Assembly: GCA_963826525.1 (NCBI GenBank)
Contig: CAWGXH010000004.1
Location: 1,344,001-1,408,000, forward strand
Direction: 5' to 3'
DNA from: an uncultured Methanomicrobiaceae archaeon
Lineage (GTDB): Archaea; Halobacteriota; Methanomicrobia; Methanomicrobiales; Methanoculleaceae
Length of the DNA stretch: 64,000 bases
Under the pieces are notes generated by a model. It made no database searches, was not told the DNA's origin, and saw nothing but the letters and a program-made list of their open reading frames with translations. Shown here piece by piece: positions 9,690-19,900 of this stretch. Every line of letters begins with the position of its first letter. The first letter of the stretch is position 1. The position numbers and the translations under genes are program-made.

Positions 9690-10388
9690 ATGACAGTATA
9701 TCTCGGTATCGACGACACCGACACCCCCGAATCCCGCGGAACCGGGCTGCTTGCCCGGAAGATTGCGGCAAAACTTGCCGGGAGCTGCCGAATAGCCGGT
9801 GTGACCCGGCACCAGCTCTATGTTCATGACGATATCCCATACACGTCCCAGAACAGCTGCGCCGTCATCCACATCGAGGAGACGGAGAACGGATCCCTCC
9901 GGGAGATCCTCGGCGCTGCCCGCGAGATGATCCTCGCAGACTTCGTCGAAGGGAGCGACCCCGGTATCTGTATCGCTTCTGGGGATCAGGTAGCCGGGCA
10001 TTTGCTCTCATTCGGAATGCGGGCGAAGAGCGCCGTGGTGACGGAGGACGAGGCGCGGCACCTCGCCCGGGACACAGGCATCACGCTTGAAGGGCTCGGC
10101 GGCACGAACGGCGGCATCATCGGAGCGCTCGCCGGGGTCGGGCTCGCCGCCTCCCGGAACGACGGCAGGTTCGTCGTTCGCGGGCGCACACGGGATCTCA
10201 AAGGCTGCCAGACTGTTGCGACGCTCCTCGGCGGCGGCGTCGACAGCGTCATGACTCCGGACGGCATGCTCGTCACCGACGGTGTCGTCGAGATCCGGAA
10301 GTTCCCAAAACCCGCTCTCCGGCAGGGGCGGGCGGTGCTCTTCGTCGAGGATGCCGGCGGCGTCTACCGCGACCTCGTGGTCGGGTAG
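9690..10388 (+). CDS. Stand-alone TiaS (tRNA-Ile2 agmatinylase) N-terminal-like domain protein
   Basis: YLGIDDTD..SRGTG, RHQLYVHDDIPYTSQNS, SDPGIC, GGIIGALAGVG are the TiaS TCKD-like motifs. Only 232 aa, with no OB-fold or Zn ribbon. Confidence 0.7.
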   Translation: MTVYLGIDDTDTPESRGTGLLARKIAAKLAGSCRIAGVTRHQLYVHDDIPYTSQNSCAVIHIEETENGSLREILGAAREMILADFVEGSDPGICIASGDQVAGHLLSFGMRAKSAVVTEDEARHLARDTGITLEGLGGTNGGIIGALAGVGLAASRNDGRFVVRGRTRDLKGCQTVATLLGGGVDSVMTPDGMLVTDGVVEIRKFPKPALRQGRAVLFVEDAGGVYRDLVVG

Positions 10389-10468
10389 CCGCCGGTATCC
10401 CGGCGCCCGGGTGAGGGTGGACTCGCCCTCATTCTGTCCTGAACAGAGGACAATATGACTCTCTTTTT

Positions 10469-10705
10469 CGATTTTACCAGAGGTTTATGAGGGCGGATCC
10501 CGGTGCTGGAATTAACCAGAGCAGATCGTCATGTTTCCTTAAAAACGGAAGGATTTTGGGGATATGGTGGCCGTATGAGCGGGGGTAATCGTGGGAGGAT
10601 GGTTACCCTGCCGCGCCTTGAGATCGGCTGTCTACGGGCTTCTGTGAGGGTCGAAACTCCGGCGAATTCTGGCCGGATTACGGGTATCTAAAGGTTTCCT
10701 GACCC
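10469..10705 (+). repeat. Dispersed intergenic repeat, copy A
   Basis: Core 10594-10669 matches the reverse complement of 60084-60159 at 67/76 positions (counted by eye); weaker similarity extends over about 230 bp. Confidence 0.8.
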
Positions 10706-10715
10706 CTCCCCTCCC

Positions 10716-11703
10716 TCACCCGAGCGGCTGCGGCCACCCGTCCCTGCCCTCCGCGAAGGCCTCCAGCATAAAGGCGACGAACGAGGCGGCCTCTTCCGGG
10801 TGCTCCGCCGCCGTCGGGACGGTCACGGCATAGACGATAGGCGCTCCCGTCCTGAGATTTCCGATGGAGCCGAACCGCTGAAACCCGAGCTGCACCGCCA
10901 CGTTCCGGTAGCGATCGGCGTAGTCCGCGCTCGAGAGATCGATCTCGGGCGGGAGATCGATGGAGGAGAGGCCATGGGCGTCGGCCACGCTCCGGTACTC
11001 GAAGGCGTAATCGATACCGCCCGCATCGAGGAGCGAGAGGAGGTAGATGGAACCATCCCGGATCTGCACCTTCCCGTCCGACGGGCGCAGCACCTCGGGG
11101 AGCGTGATCGTGACAGTCCCGCCCGCCCGGTTCACGACCGGCCGGGGGTCGAGGTGATCGGCGATGATTCCGTCAAAGAGTGCCCTGTTCCCGTAGTACT
11201 CTTCGGCGAGTGCCGTCACCATCAGCGCCCGGTAGCCGCATGCGTCGAGCATCGGGTTTGAAAACCCCACCCGCACGTCCGGCCGGGCAAGCACGGCATA
11301 CCAGTTCTCCGCGGTGATCTCATCGGCATGCAGGCTCTTTTCGGTGTAGGCGATCACCATCTCGTTCGTGGCGAACGATGTGTAGGTATCGGTGTAATTG
11401 CCGCCCCCGTCTTCCATCGGGCGGAACATCATCTCCGGGATCAGGGACTCGTCAGCGACAGCGACGACGTCGATAGCCCGGTGCAGATCGGTGACCTGCC
11501 TGACCGCCTGGATGCTCCCGTGCCCCTCGACCCGGACGTCGATTTCGGGGTGCAGGTTCTCGTAGGCTGCCTCGATCTCCTCCATGGGCAGGAGCAGGCT
11601 GCCTGCCGGTACGACGCGGAGCTCCCGTGGTTTCGCCCTCTCCCGTGCAGCCCGCACTGAAGATCAGCAGGACGGCGCAGAGCGCAAGTAGCATCGCCTT
11701 CAT
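10716..11703 (-). CDS. wtpA: Second WtpA-type tungstate-binding lipoprotein, without its own permease (frameshift near 11625)
   Basis: Lipobox FSAGC; LRVVPAGSL, DVVAVADES, FSNPMLDACGYR, DYAFEYRSVA, GAPIVYAVTVP. Confidence 0.85.
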
Positions 11704-11706
11704 CCG

Positions 11707-12261
11707 TTACCGCCTGTGCACTTCGACCCGGTCGACCCACTTCACCCACGAACTCCCCTCGGTGATGACGTCGGGGCTCTCGGTGATGATGACGATCCGT
11801 AAGGGGCCGCCCTCCTCGTAGGTGAGCGGTCTGCTGTCCTGCTCGTAAGCCAGGATCACCCGGAGGGGCGGCGGCGGGATCTCGTGGAGATTCTCATCGA
11901 ACGTGAAGAACCCCTCTCCCCGCACCTGGTCGGTATCGAAGACCCAGAGATACCCGTCTTCGGCGGAGACGTAGACGAGGTCATTCTCATCCGCCCCGCC
12001 CGCCATCGCAGCGAGGTTGGTGAGGAGCACCCCCCGGTACCGGTTCGGCCCGAAGGTTATCCCGACGGTGGAGACCGCATACCCGTATCCCTCCTCCGCG
12101 GGCAGTGCCCGCAGTTCCGCAAGCGAAAGCACTTCTTCGGTCTCGCCGGCAACCGTGAGGTTCCAGGCTATCTGCTCCTCGACCCCGTCTCCGCCCTGCC
12201 CGGTGCACCCGGAGATGCAGACGGCGGCAGCGAGCAGGAGAGCGTATACAACACGCAGCAC
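11707..12261 (-). CDS. Lipoprotein with one sulfite-oxidase-like (molybdopterin-binding) domain
   Basis: Lipobox ISGC; WNLTVAG...LSLAELRALP...YRGVLL...SAEDGY...ILAYEQD..PL...GGPLRIV...WVKWVDRVEV follows the Oxidored_molyb pattern. No Cys in the mature domain. Confidence 0.75.
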   Translation of the reverse strand: MLRVVYALLLAAAVCISGCTGQGGDGVEEQIAWNLTVAGETEEVLSLAELRALPAEEGYGYAVSTVGITFGPNRYRGVLLTNLAAMAGGADENDLVYVSAEDGYLWVFDTDQVRGEGFFTFDENLHEIPPPPLRVILAYEQDSRPLTYEEGGPLRIVIITESPDVITEGSSWVKWVDRVEVHRR

Positions 12262-12267
12262 CTGTCG

Positions 12268-13098
12268 TCACCTCCTGCCGCAGAAGAAACTTGCCGCGCC
12301 GATCGCGAGAGGTACCGGCAGCAGCGAGAGGGGTGTTCCGACAGCCCCGGCAGTGGTCGTATCGGCAGCAGGTCCGGTCTTCTGGAGCGACTTGACAAGT
12401 GCGCTCCGCTCACCCTGGTAGCCTCCCTCGTAGACCCTGACCTCGTCCACCCACTTCACGGATAGGCCGCTCGTGGAGGGGAGCAGGTCGTAGAAATGCT
12501 GGGCGGCCTCGGGCAGCGTCTCGTACATATCCTGGTTGCCGTAGACGTGCAGGCCTTCCGCATTTGTCGAGTTGTCGGCGAAGAACGTAAGCCGCATTCC
12601 GTTGTAGAACTCCGGGACATAGCCGGTGCCTTGGCGCTCGCCCGCTCCCGTCTCATCGCCGTTGTACCAGGTGATCCCGATCGGCCCCTGCCGGGGATCG
12701 GGCTGGTAGACGTTCTCGTAGGCAAACTCGACGTGGTAACCGTCGGCGGCCTTCACCATCACCTCGTCGCCGGGCTCCGCACCGCCGACCAATTCGGCGA
12801 GATCACGGATATCGGTGCCCTTCACGGCACCCCGGTCCTTGAAGTTCGTCGTCTCGTTCGGATCCCACTTCTCTCCCTCGAAGACCGGGCCCTGGTGGTA
12901 GTAATGAGTCACGCCGTCACCGAGCACCGGGAGGTTCTCTTCCATCCAGCGGTAGTCCACCGTCGTTTCGTTCAGGATCGTCGCCTGGTCGGCCGCGATC
13001 TTCACCACATGGAGCTCGGTGGTGGGCGCTGCCTCTGCCGCACCCGCCGCTGCCAACAGAAGCAGGGCGACGGCGAGTATTCGTGTCAGTGATGTCAT
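12268..13098 (-). CDS. Exported, C-terminally anchored protein with a diverged sulfite-oxidase-like domain
   Basis: Sec signal peptide; ETTVDYRWMEENLPVLGDG..YYHQGP, VKGTDIRDL..LVGG, VKAADGY, GMRLTFF, SVKWVDEVRV; Thr-rich linker and hydrophobic tail ending in RR. Confidence 0.7.
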   Translation of the reverse strand: MTSLTRILAVALLLLAAAGAAEAAPTTELHVVKIAADQATILNETTVDYRWMEENLPVLGDGVTHYYHQGPVFEGEKWDPNETTNFKDRGAVKGTDIRDLAELVGGAEPGDEVMVKAADGYHVEFAYENVYQPDPRQGPIGITWYNGDETGAGERQGTGYVPEFYNGMRLTFFADNSTNAEGLHVYGNQDMYETLPEAAQHFYDLLPSTSGLSVKWVDEVRVYEGGYQGERSALVKSLQKTGPAADTTTAGAVGTPLSLLPVPLAIGAASFFCGRR

Positions 13099-13136
13099 AT
13101 CGTGTCAATCTCCGGAATCTGTACGTTTGGGTCTGG

Positions 13137-15468
13137 TTACGTATCTTCAAATAGCACGGTGCAGTCGACCGTCGCCCCCGGCGCCACGACGACATTCTCG
13201 ATAGTTCGGCTTTTCGTTTCGCCGACGACCTTCACCGCGTAGGCGCCGATCCGCATCCCCGGGAAGGTATGCGGCGTCGTCTCCCCGGTGTAGCGTCCAT
13301 AGAGGTAGATCTTCGCTCCCGGCGGGGTGCTGTTCACGCTGAGCGATCCGCAGGGATATTCGGTCAGGGTCGACCGGATCGTCCCTCCTGCTCCTGCCGG
13401 AGCACCCGGCGGGATCGTGATCTCCCCGTTCGCCGGGAGGTATCCGGGGAGCGAGAGGGTGATCGTGTGCCTCCCCGACGAGAGATCGCGAACGACGGCG
13501 GGCGTCCGAAGATCGGTTGGATACCCGTCCACGAAGACCAGCGCTCCCGGCGGGTCGGAGACGACCGTGACGGCGTACGTCTCCCCCGCCCCGGGCACTG
13601 CGGTGAACTGCTCCCCGTCCGCGAGGGTGTCGGGCAGCGCGATCGAGTGGTAGGTATCATTCTCGCGGAGGGTGATCCAGGCTCCGTTGCCGTCTATATC
13701 CACCGTCGCCGGCAGGGTATACGCCGGGTACGCCCCGTTGACGGTGAACGTTGCTCCGGCAAGGTCGGGGTTCCCGAATGTGATCGTCCGGACGCGCCGG
13801 TTCTGCACACCATCTACACGGACTGGTGTGATGGTGTCGGGATAGACCCACACCCGGCGTGTCCCGTAGTGGATGCCGGTATCCGCAGAATCGATGCTGC
13901 TCGCGGCTTCGTAATCGAGGGCGATCGTGTGGAGTCCTTCGCGGAGCCCGTACACCACGGAGGGGGTGTTCCGGTCGATCCGCGTATTGTCGATGGTGAT
14001 CGCCGCGTCCTGCGGGAAGGAGTCGATGAAGAGTCCGCCGGAGCGGTTCGAGCGAACCGCCTCAGGCGTCACGGTTGGTGCTGCTGTCGGGGTTTCCGGC
14101 AGTTCGCTCCCCAGATCAGGCTCCGGCAGGCCTTCAGGCGTCCCGAGCGCAGGTTCGCTCTCATCAGAGCCTCCGGTGATGAGGGAGGCGATGAAGTGGA
14201 AGAGTGCGAAGAGCGGGTCGAACAGTCCGGGCGTGGCCGGGGTCGCCGTCGCGGTCGGCACAGGCCGGGTGGTCGCCGGGGTCGCAGGCGACGTCGTGGT
14301 AGCCGGGACGGTCACGGTGAGAGATACTGCCGGCAGTGGTTCCGATCCATTGAGCGGCGCGAGCACCAGATCGACGGCGACCGTCTCATCCGCCACGGCG
14401 GTGACCGTCGTGGTGGCGTTCTCGTAGCCCTCCCTGAAAAGGACGATGGTATGCTCCCCGACCGCGACTTCCTCGAGGATTGTATCGGTCACGTTCCCGG
14501 TCTCGTTTCCGTCGAGGACGATCGCCGCTCCCGTGGGCAGGGACGAGACGGCGATGCTCCCCTGCAGCGGGAGAAGGTCGAAGGTGATCTGCCCGGTTTC
14601 CAGTGCTTTTACGGTGATCCATCGCTCCTGACTTGCGGCGTAGCCGTCCTTCTCCACCCTGACCGAGTGCGACCCTATCTCAAGATCGCGGATCGTGCAT
14701 GGCGTGAGCTGACCGGTGTTCTCGTCGTCGAGGTAGACGGTTCCCCCCGCAGGGCTTGATTCGACCTCGAGCGCTCCGGTCGCCTCTTCCTCGCTGAAGA
14801 TGGCGACCTCGCTGACGTACTGTGCGGATAGGCCGGTCGTCGTCGGCACACCGGGCTGGAAGAAATGCCAGTACTCGGGATCGAAGCACTCCTGCATATC
14901 GGTGACACCGAAGGTGTGGTTTCCCCAGGGGTTGACGGAGGTGTCCGCAAAGAAGACGAGCCGCATCCCCTCCCGGTACTCGGGAACGTATCCCTCGTCG
15001 GCACGGTACCAGGTAACGACCATCGGCCCCTGCCGCGGTTCGGGCTCGTAGACGTTCCGGTAGGGAAAGATCTTTGAAAACCCGTCGGGGGCCTTCACCC
15101 TGACGGTTTCGCCCTCCGCCATCCCCCCGACAAGGTCGCAGAGGTCGGCGAGGTCGGTGCCCTTCACCGCACCCATATCCTTCTCATGTGACGTTGGTAT
15201 CTTCTCCGCCGGATTCCAGGGATCTGACCGGGTCGAAGACCGGCCCCTGGTGGTAGTAGTGCGTCTCCCCGTCCCCGAGGACGGGCAGGTTCTCCTCCAT
15301 CCACCGGTAGTCGACGGTCGTCTCCTGAAGGACGGTTGCTCCGTCGGCAGCATAGCGCACGATATGCACCTCCGTCGTCGCGGCACCGACGCTCCCCGGG
15401 ATGAGGATGCAGAGGAGCAGCAGAATGGCCATAAGCCGGAAAAGAGCATGTATCGGCATAGGGATCAC
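13137..15468 (-). CDS. Exported protein: diverged sulfite-oxidase-like domain followed by PEGA repeats (frameshifted near 15190-15225)
   Basis: N-terminus MPIHALF...TTEVHIVRYAADGATVLQETTVDYRWMEENLP joins the 770-aa frame; repeated S.P.GA.V.lDG..TG..TP PEGA motifs; Thr/Pro linkers. Confidence 0.75.
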
Positions 15469-15508
15469 CGTTGTGCAGATGAGGAACTCTGAAAAAGAGG
15501 CATGGGTG

Positions 15509-16926
15509 TTATCTCCTGCGGAGGAGGAAGAGCAGCCCGAGGGCGAGCACCGGTACCCAGGTCGGGACGGGGAGCGACAGCGGGAACCACGATCCGCCGG
15601 CCGCCGTCGTCGTCTCCGTTGCGGCTGCGGCGATCACCGCTGTCTGCTGCGCTGAGGCGGTCGGGGCGGCTGTCGGTTCACTGGCGGCGGTTGTGGTCAC
15701 CGGCGTGGCGAAGGTCGCTTCGGGGTTGTAGTCGAAGCTCGATTTGGCCGGTGAACCTCCGCTGCTGCTGCTCCCCGAACCTCCCGAGCTCGGCGGCGTC
15801 GTCGGTGCGGGAGTAACCGGGCTTACCGTGGACGTTCCGATGAGGGCGAAGATCGAGAGCCCGCTTGGAGATGCGGCCTCGAAGACGTAGTTGCCGGCAT
15901 CATCGGTGCCGATGAGCGTCGTTGCGAGAGCAGTCGTGGTGCCGTCATCGGCTCTACGCATGATCACGACCTTCTCCACTCCGCCGACCGCCGTCACCCA
16001 GGCCGGGCTGACGGCCATCCGGATCGTCGCGGCCGTGATGACACCGCCGTCGCCAGCGTTCGCAATATTGCTCTTCTGGACGTTCATGACGTATGCGATA
16101 TCCGTGATACCGCTTCCCGACTGCTGGGCGGTGAGGAGGAATGCGCTCTGTGCCGCAGGGTCGGGCTCCCGTGCGATCGTCGTCGTGAGCCGTGCATCCG
16201 ACGGCGGCATCTCGCTCATGTCGAGCGCGATCTGCGCTGCTGCCGTCCCGACGGTAGCATCGACGTTCGCCGTCACCGGGCTGCTCCGCGCGGTCACGCC
16301 GGTGACGGTTCCGGTGACGGTCGTCTCGCCGACCGCAGGTTCATCCCCGGTCTCGATGACGATCTCCTCCCAGCCGCTGCCAACGTCCTGCATCACGATT
16401 CTGTTGCCGTCGGTCGTGACGTTGGCCGTGGTCTCCTGCCGGTTGATCGTCACCTGCTGTGCCCCGCCTGCCGTAGTTGTCTGCACGCCGCCGGGGGCGA
16501 AGGAGCAGTCGCCCGATCCGATCGGGGTCTCCGCCTCTCCGCCCCGCTCCCGGTGGTAAACGTAAGATCGATCGCACTGGCATCGCTGGGTGCGTAGAGG
16601 CATCTCCTGGTCTGCCTGGTCTGCTGCCGACCCAGAACGTGACCGTTGGTGTATCGGATGCGACGAGATCGAACTCCGTAGCCCGCACGACGAGCCGGCT
16701 TGCCCAGATTCCCTCCGCCCCGTAGGTGCCGGGCTCGGTGAGGGTGAAACGCCCGCGTTCGTTCCAGTTTATTTTGGCGATGATGACGGTGCCTGCAGGT
16801 GCGTCGGCACCGTCGATGACGGCCGTTCCCCAGGTACTGTGCGGGAAGAACCGGCATCGATTCGGCGGCTGCCGCTCCCACCAGCAGGAGCAAAAGAAAT
16901 AGTGTGATGATTGGTCTGCTATCCAT
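15509..16926 (-). CDS. Surface protein with PGF-pre-PGF-type domain and C-terminal membrane anchor (several frameshifts)
   Basis: Signal peptide MDSRPIITLFLLLLLVGAAAA; AYVMNVQK...ATIRMAVSPAWV...VFEAASPSGLSIFALIG; Ser/Gly/Thr linker; ends VLALGLLFLLRRR. Confidence 0.7.
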
Positions 16927-16938
16927 GGTTATCTCTGC

Positions 16939-19900
16939 CTACAAGGCGATTGCTGCAAGTTCACCGCTTCCCCGAAGGTACACCCAGTAGCCTTTGCCCG
17001 GAGAGCAGATCTCCCGTGTCGGCATGCGAACCAGATCCTCCGCGAATGATGGCGGTTTCGTATTCCTGGTTTTCTGCATCGAATCCGATCACCTGTGTCC
17101 ATGCGTCGCCGAGGGAGAGGAGGGTGTCGCGTGCCTGTGCAGGTTCGGTGTCGGTGAATCCGACCGCGTTCCAGCCCTTATAGAGATCTGCTGTCGGCGG
17201 CGTCTGCAGGGGCTCGTCGCTGAAATAGAGCGACACGTTGCAGGCGGCTGCATGAGTAGATCCAGTACGCCGCGAGGGGTTTCAGCGTATCGGTCGCCTG
17301 GACTTCCTCCCAATACTTAATCGCCGCATTGTAGCGCCAGATCGCGTGGTTTGCGGTATTGACATCGCTGAAGATCGCGGCGGTGTTGCTGCCGGCTGCA
17401 AGCCTCTTGGGGATGGAGACGAAGTTCAAGCCCTGATGCAGGGCAGAGCTCCGCATCGGCGGGAATGGGGAGATCGATCAGGGCGATCTCGTCGATGCTT
17501 CCGATCTTCTGTTTGCCGCTCGTCAGTGCGGAACCGACGAGTTTCAGCGGCCATGACGGTTTGTCGCCGTCCGCCGGGAGCGGGATGCCGTTTATCTCGT
17601 TGGCGACGATGATGTTGTTGTTCAGTTTGATGAAGCTGCTCTCGAAGGTGGCGGAGAAGTCGTCCTCGGTGCCCTTTGTATTGTCGGGGCCGTAGTCGAT
17701 GACGGTGACGTTGTAGCCGATATCGGCGAGCGTTCCGTTGAAGGGATTGGTACCGTAGTCGTGCTTGTTGGCATCGTCGACCCAGCCGACGAGGAGCCAG
17801 AGCGGCATTCCCGACCAGACGTTGCCGTCATCGTCGGTGTAGGTTGCTCCGTGGCCGCCGAGGGCGCAGGCCTTCCCGGCTTCGAAGTACGAGCGAGTGA
17901 TGGTGTCGGTGATCGCGCCGGTCAGGATGAGGTTCCAGTCCTCGCGTGCGCCGGGGTGAATCTCGACCGTGGCGATATTCTTGTTCGCGACTCCGGCAGC
18001 GGATGGATACTGAATGCCGCCGCTCCAGTAGTAGTGCCAGTAGTCCTCGGCGAGGCATGCCCGCATATCGTCGGCTCCGAAGATGCCGTCGGGGGCATTG
18101 AAGAAGAGGCGGATTCCGTCGCGGTAGTCGGGGACATACTCGTCGTCCGCCCACCATGCCAGAATAGCCTCGCCCTGCCGGTCAAGTGGTGTATAGAGGT
18201 TGGTGTAGTTGATCTTTGCTTCGTAGCCGTCGGAGGCGACGAGGACGATCTCGCTGCCCTCGGGCGCTCCGCCGACGAGGTCGCAGAGATCCTTGATGCA
18301 CGTACCCCGGACGACGTTATCGACTTTGCCGGGGTTTATATCCTCAGCGGGATTCCAGAGGTCGTCCGGATCGAAGGTCGGACCCTGGTAGCGGAGGCGG
18401 ACACCGTCGGCGCCGCCGATGACGGGGAGGTTCTCCTCCATCCACTGGTAGGTCTTCGTCGTCTCGTTAAGAACCGTCACGCCGTCGGCGGCGTAGCGGA
18501 TGATCTGTACGGAGGGAAGGTCGGTCGGCTCCTGGAACTCTGTCAGGGCGATCTTCTCGATGTTGCCGACGCTCTTGCTGCCAACCGCTCCCTCGCCGAC
18601 GAGACGGAGCGGGAACGCTCCGCCGGTGATGGCAGAGCCGTTGACCTTGTTGGCGACGATGTAGTTATTCTTATTCGCTACGATCTCCTGGCTGGTAAAC
18701 TCCTTGCTGTAGGGAGAGACGCCGCCCGAGGAGACGATGACCGTGTAACCGGCCGCTGCGAGGTTGTCGTTGAATGCACCCGAACCGTGCATGACGTCGT
18801 CGTCGACCCAGCCTGCGAGATACCAGAGCGGAACGCCCGTCCAGGTGGAGACGCCATCGTTGTAGGTCGCGCTGTGGCAGGCGGCACCTTCTTCGAACTC
18901 GGCCTCGGAGATGACGGCGGTGATCGCAGCCCCTTCGAGGGTGAGCGTCCATTCTCCTTCCTCAGGTGCACCGGGCAGATCGACGAGGGTGATCGAGGCG
19001 ATGTTGCCGACTCTCTGTTTGCCGCTCGTCAACGCGGAGCCCTGCAGTTTTAGGGGGTAGCCGTCGTCGTTCCCGAGCGGGCTGGCGTTCAGCTTGTTCG
19101 CAACGATGTAGGCGTTGCTCTCTGCGATATCGGCGCTGTCGAGGGTGACGGTGTAGCCGTCCTCTGCGGTGACGTTGATGGTGTATCCTTCGGCCGCAAG
19201 TGCATCGTCGAACGTCCAGTGGTTCGAGGTCTCGATATCGTCGACGACGCCGACGAGGTACCAGAGCGGCATTCCCGTCCAGACGCGGTCACTGCTGTCG
19301 GTATAGGGTGCAGCGTGGCCGCAGGCAATGCCTTCCTCGAACTCTTCCTGCGTCAGGGTGCGGGAGAACTTCCCGTTCAGGGTAATCGTCCAGCCGTCGG
19401 AAGGCTCCGGAAGCCCGATGAGTTCGATCTCGACGACGTTCCCGACCTTCTGGCCTGCGTTCACATGAGCGCCGATCATCTGGAGCGGCCAGCAGGGTTT
19501 CTCGCTGTCCCCGATGACTGCCGGGAGGGGTTCGCCGTTCAGGGTGTTCGCGACGATGATCGCATCGTCACGGGCGACGCTGGCGCTCTCGAAGTTAACG
19601 CTGTAGCCATCGCCGGCGATGACTTTAATCGAGTAGCCCTCTTCGGCGAGGTCGTCGTTGAATGCACCGGCACCGTGCTTTTTGTCGTCGTCGACCCAGC
19701 CTGCGAAATACCAGAGCGGGACACCCGACCAGACGTTTCCGTCATCGTCGGTGTAGGTTGCGCCGTGGCCGCAGTCGACGGCATCCTCGAAGTACGCCTG
19801 GTCGATGGTATCGGTCAGGGCACCTTTCAGGGAGAGCGTCCAGTCTCTCGGGCTCGGCGATATCGACCGTGATGCCGACCATCGCGGTGGCGGTCTCAGG

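Noticed and set aside
9690-10388. Complete tiaS
   Set aside because: Too short; it lacks the OB-fold and Zn-ribbon domains.
17761-19053. Long antisense ORFs (e.g. 17761-19053, 13269-14759, 27573-28805, 37915-39231)
   Set aside because: These are shadow frames of real GC-rich genes on the opposite strand.
11707-19845. Conventional catalytic sulfite oxidase/MsrP enzymes
   Set aside because: No Tat signals, no haem or MsrQ partner, and several domains lack any candidate Cys ligand. Catalysis is not excluded but is unsupported.
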